A stretch of 64,000 bases of DNA from positions 21,638,001-21,702,000 of the forward strand of contig JBHGNT010000002.1 in assembly GCA_043228905.1 (NCBI GenBank), written 5' to 3'. Under the pieces are notes generated by a model. That model saw only the letters and a list, made by a program, of their open reading frames with translations, had not been told where the DNA came from and searched no databases. A program made the translations under genes and the position numbers. Source of the DNA: Azolla caroliniana. Its lineage: Eukaryota > Plantae > Polypodiophyta. Positions within the stretch are counted from its first letter, which is position 1. Each line of letters begins with the position of its first letter. Positions 47,801-58,332 of the stretch are shown here, one piece after another.

Positions 47801-50800
47801 TTGATTACGTTCCGGCGGGGAAAAGCGAAGGTACAAGTACCAATGCAACCAAGGAAGGGCACCGGCAAGGATCTGACACCGTTATATGCGGAGTGTGTCA
47901 ATATGCTGGAAGGATTAGCAGACGAAGAAGAAGAGCAGTACTTGCTGGAGAACCCGAAGATTGTACCCCTATTCGAAGTTTACGTCGTCAAAGCGGTATC
48001 ACCCTACTTACTGCAACCGGACGAGAACGAAGCGGAACCGGATAAAGAAGCAATCCGGGAGTTACGGCATGCGCAGGAGGCGTTGGAAAGGGAAATGGTT
48101 GTATCCCAGCACGTAAAAGCGTCCCAATTAGAAGAGGTAAACCTAGGAACGACGAAGGAGGCAAAACCGGTGCACATCGCCAAAGAAATGAATGCAAAGA
48201 ACAAAACGGCGATAATTACACTCCTCAACGAGTTTCGCGACTTCTTTGCCTGGTCGTACGAGGATATGAGAGGCCTGGATCCTCAGTTGTATCAGCACCA
48301 GATACATCTGAGTAAAGACGCCAAGCCGGTAGCACAGCATCGGTACCGGATGAACCCAAACTACGCCGCCAAAGTCGAGGAGGAGATCGACAAATTTCTG
48401 AGGGTCGGCTTCATCCGTCCCGTAAAGAAATCTACATGGCTGAGCACGATCGTAGTCGTACCGAAAAAGAACAGCAAAATTCGAGTTTGTGTCGACTACC
48501 AGAAGCTCAATGCGACTACGGTAACGGATACATTTCGACTTCCGTTTACGGATGGAGTTTTGGATGTCGTCGCCGGCCATGAAGTCTGCAATTTCTTAGA
48601 CAGATTCAGCGGGTATAATCAGATCCGAATGCACCCTCAGGATCAAGAGAAAACGGCTTTCATCACCGAATGGGGAGTGTTTGTTGCAGTGGTGATGATG
48701 TTCAGGCTGAAAATGGCACCAGCAACATTCCAACGGATCATCATGGAGATCTTTGGCAAATACATACCGGCTTTTATGCAGGTGTTCCTTGACGACTTCG
48801 CCGTCTATAGTAGAGAAGAAGATCATTTGCAACATCTCAAACTATGTCTAGAGAAGTGTAGGGCGTACCGGCTAAGCCTGAATCCGGCGAAGTGTGTATT
48901 TGGAGTCTCTAGCGGAACGCTACTAGGGCATATAGTGAGCAAGGAAGGCATTGCCGTAGATCCGGACAAAGTGAAAGCAATCCTAGAAGCACCGGCAATG
49001 GCAACGGCAACGGCAAAGGCATTGAGCCGGTTCCTAGGACAAATCCGCTGGCATAGCCGTATGCTCCGATATTTGTTAGACCTGGCTACACCTCTGCATG
49101 CGGCAATACATCGAACACCGTTCCAATGGACCGACATCGAAGACAAGGCGTACTAGGCACTAAAGGTGTTATTGTCACAAGCACCGGTAGTGCAGCCTCC
49201 GGATTGGAGTAAAGAGTTTCATGTGTTCGTGGACGCTTCTGATTTCACAATCAGTAGCACGCTCATGCAGCTTACCGAGCCAAGGTGGTACCGGCCAGTG
49301 TACTATGCCAGCCAGAAGCTATCCCAAGCGGAACGAAATTATTCTACCACGGAAAGGGAAGCTTTAGGAATGATCTACAGTGTAACAAAATTCAGGCATT
49401 ATTTATTGGGAAGAAAGTTCTCCTTCCATGTAGATCATTCGGCACTCGTCTACCTAGTATCCAAAGCGTCACTTACCGGTAAGTTGGCCCGGTGGACTTT
49501 GTTGTTACAAGAGTTCAAATTCGAGATATTCCACCGACCCGGCATACAGCATGCGGTAGCAAATTACCTAAGCATGCGGAGACAGGTGACGGAGTACCGG
49601 ACGAGTTTCCGGATGCAGAGCTTTTTCGAGTCACCACGGAAATGGCAACAGATGAAACGGTGGCACAAGAATATAATTGGCTAACTAATATGCACCAGTT
49701 TCTGAGTACCGGATTGCCTCCGGAGGAGATGAACCAGGACGAGAGAAAACGCCTGGCGGTACAGAGCCGGCACTTCTGTTTATTACAGGACACGTTATAC
49801 CACAAAGGTGCGGACGGTATCTGGCAACGAGCGGTGCGCAGCGACGAGAAGGAGGTAATACTACGGGAGGCACATTGCGGAGTCACCGGAGGCCATTATG
49901 CTGGAGATTCAACGACAAGGAAAGTATGGCAAAGTGGCCTATGGTTGCCGACCACATTGAAAGATGTGGTCCGGTACGCGAAGGAGTGTGATCTATGCCA
50001 ACGAATGGGTCAGCCAACGGAAAAAGCTCGGATGCCACACCAGCCAGTCCTACCACTAGAACCATTCCAGAAATGGGGGCTGGATTTTGTCGAGCCATTT
50101 AAACCACCGGTAATGAGAACTAGAAACCGGTACGTGATCGTCGCGACGGATTACTGCACTAAGTGGGTGGAAGCGAAAGCCCTACGAGACAACACCGCGG
50201 CGTCAACGGCAAAATTCTTATACGAATGCATTTGGTGCCGGTACGGATGCCCCATAGAGCTAATAAGTGACCAAGGAGGGCACTTTCTTGCACAGGTGGT
50301 AGAAAGTTTGACGACGTTCTATGCGGTAGTACATAAACGAAGCACACCGTACTATCCGCAAGCAAATGGGTTACTAGCTGAGTCGACGAACAAAACGCTC
50401 CAGAATATCCTCCGGAAGATCGTCAATGAAAATCGGGCAGATTGGGACACGAAGCTGCACAGTGCGCTCTGGGCTTACCGGACAGTGTACAAAACAAGCA
50501 TCCGAACAACACTGTTCCAGTTAGCATTCGGATTAGAGGTTGTCATGCCGGTCGAGTTCGAGGTACCAAGCTTACGAATTCAAATTCGGGAACGATTAAA
50601 CGAAAAGCAATCGGAGGCAATTCGGTTAAAGGCTCTGTGTGAACTGGAAGAACACCGACTGGTGAGCATTATGCACCTGGAATTGGAACAACGAAGACAG
50701 AAAGCATTTGTAGATCGGCACCGGAAGGGAAACGAAAAGATGTTCGGAACCGGCAAGCCAGTACTCGTGTTCCAGACCCGGATGGGCAAAATGCTAGGTA

Positions 50801-51147
50801 AACTACAGTTTAGATGGACCGGACCGTACTGGATCACACGCGAGTTCAATGGGTCCTACCAGTTGGGGACACTTGCCGGAGAAGTGTTGGGCAAATGGGT
50901 CAACAAATTTAGACTAAAATCATACAAAGGACCTATGCCTAAGAACCCATTTGAACGAAAGGCCACCACCGAATCAGACGTCAGCAGGCCAACCATAACG
51001 GCAACCGATGAAGCCGACGGCTACCACCAAGCCAGTAAGGAGGAGCATGAGCCAGCAACCGAGGAGAGCAAAACGATGGCAAACCGTCAAGAGGCCAGCA
51101 AGTTGCACGTTTCAGGTAAAGGTCCGACAGGACCAGAGAAAAATTAA
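47801..51147 (+). pseudogene. Gypsy pol (RT, RNase H, integrase) with one stop at 49154-49156 and one frameshift at about 49570
   Basis: ORFs 47801-49156, 49166-49684 and 49492-51147 carry canonical RT, RNase H, HHCC, DDE and WTGPY motifs. Confidence 0.95.
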
Positions 51148-51275
51148 CCACACAAGTAATTTTTAAAAATAAAAATAAAAAAAATAAAGGAGCGAATCAA
51201 ATAAATCATGGAAAGGAGTGGTGGAAACGGCCATGCACACGAGTAAAGAGGCACGTCAAAAAGGTACGAGGAGTT

Positions 51276-54200
51276 ATGAATAGGACATTAAACCACCGCC
51301 ACATGGCACACAATGCTATTATAGTACACGACATGCACATGCGGAGGCTTGAAAAAGGCGCCAAGATGCAGAGAGAAAAAACCCCACGCATCGAGACCTT
51401 CTCCTATTGCGAACCAAGGAGAACAGACGCAGAGCGACACATGAAGATAAATCGTAGAGAGCTCGCACACAGAGAACCCCCTCCCTCAGAACTTTCTCTC
51501 GCACACTCTCCCCACCATCAAACCTCGCCAACGATCTCCGACCTCGACGCAGAAATGGACTGCCAAACGTTGTCTGAAGCCGCCAAGAAATGGTTACGGC
51601 AGCACGGTCTAGAGGGTTTCTTAACGATCATGGAGGCGGCGCCACACAAGGAGGCCGAAAAGATGATAATAGAAATCGACACAGAGGTGATCACGGAGGA
51701 AGCGATCCGTGCATTAATAGGCCTTCCGGAGGGAGGTATCTACACGATCGACAATCCTACCTCCGAGCAACTCATCAAATATTTCGGTGAGTACTCTCTA
51801 GCCAACAAGGGCTATAGGACACAGGGCGGCGAAGATATGCTATTCCGTGAAATTGCCCGTGTGCTCCACGAGTTCGGCCACGTGTACCCTCGACCCCCCG
51901 TCATGCCTCAGAACCGAGCAGGCTTGATCATCGCAACGTACGAAGGGGTCAAGGTAGATTGGCTGGTGCTGATCGCCGACGAGCTGTGTACGACCATTGA
52001 TATAGTAAGAGGAAAGGACTGCAAGGAAGGCCGAAAAATATGGCATGCGGTGACACAATGGCTCACCCTGTTGGCGCCACCGGTCGAGCCCGTCCAAACC
52101 AAGAAGCGGGGAAGAGCAACGGACGGCACCCCGAAACCTGCTTCGAAACGACAACAACTGTTGGCCTCCAAGGCCACTAAGGGGAAGACTGCCGAAGCAG
52201 AGAAGGCGGCAAAGGAGCGCGCCAGCCGGAAGCGGCCGACGGATGCAAGTGAGGAGACACCGGCACGGCCCTTAAAGAGCCCACTCCACCGACCGGTGCA
52301 ACAGGAAACGGACACCTTGGCGGCAAGAATGAATGCCGGTACTCAGGCGGAAGAGATGGAGGAAGAACCCACGGAGCACCTCCAGCGGCGGCCGGTGAAG
52401 AGCACCGCGGAATCAGCCGGGAAGCGTTCGGAGCCACAGAAGGATGGAACGCCCGCAACTCCCGCTGAGCAACCCACGCCAAGGGAGGCACCGGAACCGG
52501 TTCGGATGGAACCGGTCACAGAAGTCCCGGCACAACAGGCAGCACCGGCAAGCCCCATCACCCAAGGGTCGGATATACAAAGGCCAACCGCCCCAGCCGG
52601 CCAAGAACAAGCAAACAAGGGGCGTCTAGCCGAAACACACTCAGAGCCAGAACGGCAAAGTGGTCAGCTGGCAGAACCAGAAGCGCAACTCGACGCAGAA
52701 AGGACCAGCCACCGGCGAGTGAACCCATCAGCCAACTCTGCGCTCAAGCACAACAATAGTGCACTTGTAGCCAATGGTTCCGGTGGATAGGCGACCAAAT
52801 TGCCGGAGTAGTCAGATGCATAGAGGCGGAGGAAAGAGCGCAAACGGAACGGTTGCTCGTCAGAACCGATGAACTGGAGACGGCCCGGTCAAGGATCCGG
52901 TGCCTGGAACAAGACTTGGATCGGATCACAGGAGATATGGCCAAAATGGCCTTAACCGCAACGCAGATCCAAGCACCAGTGACTCCGATTGATGTACAGA
53001 AGAATAAGACCCCGGAGACACAAACTGTCCCGGAGAAAGATGCGGAGCAAGCCCAAGAGCTTGCGGAATTACGAGATGAGCTCGCCGCACAAGAAGCTTT
53101 ACGGAGCCGCGAACGCGACTTGAAGAAGGCGGTCGAAGAAGAATTAAGAAAGACTGCTGAGAACCTTCGCCGGGCAGAGGAAAACCTGCGTAAAGGACAT
53201 CACGCTTACGACCGGCTGAAGGAGGAAAAGGAGAAATTGATGCAAGAAAAAGACAAGCTGCAACGGATGGAGGAAACGGAAATCGAGAGGCTGAAGGAAG
53301 AGCTCCGGCAACAAAAGGACCGGGAGGACCGTGCGCGCCGGTTGATCAACCAAAGGCTGAAGCAGAAAACCGATGATTTCGATCATCTGTATCGGGACTA
53401 CAAGCAGCTGGAGATGGAGCATAAGCAACAATAGGAATGGATGGCCGAGCTCTGGCAAGAAGTTGATAGGGCCACAACGGCACTCGCCGAAGAACCAGTG
53501 GAAAGTTCCAGGCTATTGGAGGAAACGGCGAATGACCGGATGGAGCTCCACAAACAGAACCATGCAGACAAGGAAAGAGCGACAATGGTACTACAGAGGT
53601 TGCAAACAACCTATCAAAATCAATTGTCGCATTATAGGGAGCAGGAGGCGAACACGGTTCGGATCATCAAGCAATTGAAGGAAGAGCGACAAGCCGCAGA
53701 AAATAAATCACAGATGGGAGCCGAACGAATCCAGTGCATCCTCCAGTCATGGCTCACTAAGACCAAAAGCTTGATTGATGACAGCTCTGTGCGTTGGTGG
53801 GCGAAATGGGCGCAGAATACGACGGAACTCCAATTGCTTAGGGCGGACGTGGAAAACCAGCGAAAGAAGGGCGACGACTATTATACGCTAACCTCGGAGG
53901 ACTTCACCGCCATAAGGGATGAGCTGGCGGAAGATTTCAGAGCCCTGGCGGATGAACAATTGGTGCAGGTCCGGCAACTCGTAGCTCAACTGGACGATGA
54001 TCGGTTGGAGGCTCAAATACAGTTCGAAAGCTATGAGCGGACCCGGTTCCGAGAAGAAAAAGAGCGAAAGGTGGCCATGGTCAACCTTAGTGATGAGGAA
54101 CCGTCGCCGGTGCAAGGACTGGAGGGGGAACAGGCCAGGGTCAGTAAGCCATAGACGACTCCGACGGAGTAACCAACGAAGGAAACGCCAATGCCGGAGC

Positions 54201-54346
54201 GACAAACAGAGCCACAGCCACAAACGGAGCAGCAGCCTCAGCCACAAACGGAACAACAACAGCAGCCACATCAACAACAACAGGTTCCCGACGAGCCATT
54301 GGAAATTTTGGAGCAAAGCATTCTGGACATTTTGGACGAAGCGTAA
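51276..54346 (+). pseudogene. Large sense-strand 3' extra ORF: globular N-terminus, Pro/Glu linker, long coiled coil, Gln/Pro tail; now broken by two stops and a frameshift
   Basis: Collinear ORFs 51276-52790, 52853-53434 and 53441-54154, plus a tail ending ILDILDEA* at 54346. Confidence 0.8.
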
Positions 54347-57300
54347 AAGGGTCGGATAATGGGTTCAACGTACAAGGTACTGTCCCACGGGCGTGCCATG
54401 TGTTACCAGTTGGCAAGAAGGTTTAAGGAGGTCCAAACCAGAGTGTGAAAGGAATAGTTATTCGGGAACTGTTGTAATTAGTAGTCTTAATATATATTAT
54501 TATATAAGAAGATGTGGACGGACAAACCGGAATCGGTATGCCGATCCGGATCCGGAACGATCCCGTAAAGGTGCCAGTTGGCACCGTTTTGTATTTCGCA
54601 CCGGAGACCTATATAAAGGCCCGGTTACAATGTAATCGGGAGCGGATAATTAATAAAGCTTATTGTCTTAATCTTCCAGTGTTGATTACTATTCTGTATT
54701 CATTGTTATATCTTACGCGTGTTACTTATGGATGGCTAAGTAACCAATTAAGGTCTAATTAAGCATTGTGTCGTAAATCATTCTGCCGTACCACCCTTTG
54801 GTAAAGTGTCTTTAGTGGACACCCTGTGTTAGGCTGTTGTCCGACCCTAGCAATAACAGGTAGCACGGTTGTTGCGTGGAGCAGCCAAGAGTGGCTCTGT
54901 CGAGCATTTAGGTTGAATACCGGGGCGCTACCCATGCCACCTGTGAATCCATCTGGCTTCGGCGACTGCTGCAAGATCTGTGAATCAAGGTACAGACCCC
55001 GATCTTGATCTACTGCGACAACATGAGCAGCATTCAGCTCGCCAAGAACCCCGTATTCCATGCTCGGACAAAACAAATAGAAGTGCACTATCACTTTGTA
55101 CGTGAGCGGGTCCAGAGCGGTGAAGTTGAACTTCGGTATGTTTAGACGGATCGGTAGGTTGTCGACATCTTCACCAAACCGCTCGGATCGGACAAGTTGC
55201 AGCACTTCACTGAAATGCTTGGTGTTCAGCATCTCAACGTGCCGCACTTGAGGGGGAGAAAAGGAAAGTGAATGGAGGGCACCGAACAAAGAGCCTGAGA
55301 GGAAGAAAGAACCAACAAAGGGGGAGACAAGAGGAGAAAGGAAGTCGAGTCGACGAAGGAAGTCGGCACATCCGAACAAGTGGAAAAAAGTGGCAGCGGC
55401 TGCAAAGTCAAGAAGGACAGAGCCGACCGGAAGAAAAAGGCCAAGACCCGGACGTGGTTCGATGTGGTGAAGGGCCTGAAACTAGAAGACGAGTTGGAGA
55501 ACACCGTTTCGAACAAGAGCTAGAACGAATTGAAGGAAACTGATTCGGTTCAAGATTCGAAGAAGCCGGATCAACTAAAGGCCAAACGGACACGGAAGTC
55601 GACGCCAACACGAAGGAACCGATGGGTCGACAAGCATCGGAGTCACAGCAGCGAGGGAGCTGAAATGGGCCTATTGAGCAAACAAGCCGACCGAGGAAGT
55701 CAAAGTGCGCAGAACCAGAAGGCTCGCGGCAAACAGGACCGGACCGGACGAGGAGCGCAAGCAAGACAAGCCGACCAAGGAAGTCGAAGTGCGCAGACCC
55801 AGAAGGGTCGCGACAAACAAGACCGGACCGGACGAGGAGCGCAAGCAAGGCGGAGCAACGCCAGAAGGAGCCGTGTAGAAGAACCGGCTGCCGCGGACAA
55901 TAACATCACGATCCGACCTCAAGTTGAGCTTGAGGGGGAGTGTTGAGCGAGCATGCTCAACCGGATCCGGATCGACTGAATAAGCCTGAGCTAGATCGGC
56001 ATCCGGAAGGATGAGCCGGATCCGTATCCGGATAATATCCGGAAACAACCAGCCGGATCGAAGAGCTGGATTCAAGCAGGAACTGGAAGCCTAGTAGTAG
56101 CCTAGTAGTAGCCTAGACTACTAGGTAATCATTGTCTCATAGTTAGTGCCAGTCGCACGTATGAGCATTGAAGTACCTGTCAGTACTTCTGTTAGTCCTT
56201 TATGGACTTGTATAAATAGTGTTGTTTAGCATGTTGTGTGTACAAAGTTTTAGAGTTATTTTTTTAATAGAGTTTATGTTCTGCTCTCTCTGTCTCTCCC
56301 GTATATACTCTCTGTGTTAAGCTTCTCCATTAAACCTTCATCTCATTTTCTATTGCTATCCGGCTGAGCCGGTTCTGTCTAACACTTCCGCACATTAATA
56401 TATGTATATGTATGTATGTATATATGTCTATCTTAAATACTTTCTCGCATACGCTAGTAAAATATCGACTCCTTCCAGTCTAGGACCCCCGCGGTTCCCC
56501 TTCATTTCACGAACACGCGAGGATTTCCCCGACAACGCTCAGAGGTTAGAATTAAAATTTGAAAAATCCTCATGATCTTCATGGTGAAGGCTTCATATTG
56601 ACATGAGGAATTTCCCAGTGAGATGATCTGTTGACTTGGTTTACGTTGCTTTCACCGAAATTCACATAATTTTGTGTCCCACGCTTGGAATTCCAAACCG
56701 AACACTCCATGCAATTCTAGTGGCAAAGTCTTTGTGTCAAATACTAGAACAAGGATTTGCACAAAATAACAACATAAATATTATATTAAGATTTTGTAAG
56801 CAATAGTAAGTTTAAGAGAGTGAAAGTATATCGAGAAAATTCTCAGCTCTGTTACATGGAGTGAAGAAGAGATACAAGAAGAGCAGGAAGAAGATAGGAC
56901 TAAACGGAGAAAAGATAATGAGTAGAGCTTTCAGGAATATCATCATCCCTTGTCGTCGTTGATCTCACACACCCTCTTGATTCACAACCCTAGCTCTCTC
57001 TTCATATTTCGGCATAACTTCCATGTCTCTCTCTTCCCCCCCACCCAAACAAATTAGTGTGTGTTTTTTTATTTTAGCATACACCATGCTTTTTTTTTCA
57101 TTTGCATGCTCTACTTGAGTCTTATAAAAAACTTAATTGTAATATCCACATCCTCTTCCATATCCCCATTTTCTTTTGATCATTTTTTAAATATTCTTAT
57201 TTCTACATTTTCTTTTTTAATGTCTTCAAATTTGCACATCCCATTTTCAAGAAACCAAAATCTTTCTTTATTAATGACATGACAACTTTTATTACATTGA

Positions 57301-57357
57301 ATTAGGACAAAGCTAAATTTCCCGAACTGTTGTTACCCCTCTTCCTAAAGCCAAAAC

Positions 57358-58330
57358 TAAAATTCCTTCCTTGATTCACTCCTAAGACTATCCCTATTGT
57401 GTTCATGGGTTCATCTAATAGTAAGAAATTGAATCAAACTTGATCCATCTTGACTTCGAATTCGAGCATATGTCGAACCATTGTCAACCACATTCGTTTC
57501 CATCCGAGCCATTGTGATATATGGTTCCCCAAGTATGATGGGGTGGGACGTTGATTTTTGCAAAAAGAACTATTGCTCTAGTTCAATGTCACCAATCCTC
57601 ACTTTCACATTAGGGCAAGCTCCTTGAAGTTCTTCCATTGCCCTTGTCATTGCCTGAATCTTCCATCCATGCCTAGTGCTAATCGACCACCCCCCCTTTC
57701 GATAGAAGTCAAGGGACATAAGATTGATCTCTACGCCATGGTCGACCAATGCCACAACTAGTTCTTTCTAGGGAAAAGTACCAAGATACCCCTGGAAGTT
57801 CGTCTATTTACCAGAATGCCCCTGGAAGTTCCAAATTTACAAAACTACCCCTATGTCCAAAAAAATACACTTTATAAAGTAATTATACACTCAAATCTTT
57901 GGTAAATAGGGCTAGTTCGGGTCCATTTCTTCAATTTTTGGTAAATAGGGCTTGTAGATTTGAGTGTATAAATACTTTATAAAGTGTAATTTTTTGGACA
58001 TAGGGGTAGTTTGATAAATTTGGAACTTCCAGGGGCATTCTGGTAAATAGATGAACTTCTAGGGGTATCCTGGTACTTTTCCCTTCTTTCAAATATCCTA
58101 TTCAAACCGAGATCTCAATTTTAGCTCTAGCTAGTGTGGCCTTGTGTAATGGTTATTAACATAATCTTTCTTGACATCTAGACGTTATGTTGTGCTAACA
58201 TTCGTTAATACATTCATAGGCTTTGCCCCATCTTCAATAGTGGGTTGCCTCTTCCTCTTCATAAAGTCAATGATAACGTCATGGAACTCCTTTTTGGAAA
58301 TCCCAAGAATTCCCTTCAATGTGAATTCTA
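57358..58330 (-). pseudogene. Old gypsy gag/protease fragment of the Trp-primed group, interrupted by a MITE
   Basis: ALVDHGVEINLM (aspartic protease site), GACPNVKV.IG, IILGEPYI. Confidence 0.75.
57771..58083. mobile_element. Mutator-type MITE with TIRs of about 127 bp and a 9-bp TSD TTCTTTC(T/A)A
   Basis: GGGAAAAGTACC...GGTACTTTTCCC long inverted repeat; flanks 57762-57770 and 58084-58092. Confidence 0.92.
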
Positions 58331-58332
58331 AT

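Larger units (their letters stand above)
43442..54858 (+). mobile_element. Athila/Tat-like gypsy element, 5'-deleted: gag zinc knuckle, protease (split by an insertion), RT, RNase H, integrase, 3' extra ORF, 3' LTR 54401-54858
   Basis: CYYCRHEGHYSNQC, IIDGGSGVN, FLDDF, FVDASD, KWGLDF. The LTR reads TGTTACC...AATAACA with a sense-strand TATATAAA at about 54610. Confidence 0.9.
39406..56402 (+). mobile_element. Copia-C element: 5' LTR 39406-39858, PBS-Met 39859-39870, gag-pol 39953-43441 and 54859-55271, 3' extension, PPT 55932-55940, 3' LTR 55941 to about 56402
   Basis: Paired LTRs and a probable TSD TGTAT. Motifs WYVDSGASNH, HSDVWGP, KKSLYGLKQAPRAW and ARTKQIEVHYHFVRE. The ORF is disrupted. 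Confidence 0.92.
38616..56534 (+). mobile_element. LTR of the Trp-primed gypsy group, split into 38616-39405 and about 56403-56534 by a Copia-C insertion in a (TG)n/(TA)n tract
   Basis: Starts TGTCGTGAAG, contains ATGC-rich repeats like the 30827-31897 LTR, and ends GACCCCCGCGGTTCC...CCCGACA. Confidence 0.65.

Noticed and set aside
56535-57350. Possible host promoter, 5' UTR or exon remnant
   Set aside because: No recognisable ORF or motif; it cannot be supported without a search.
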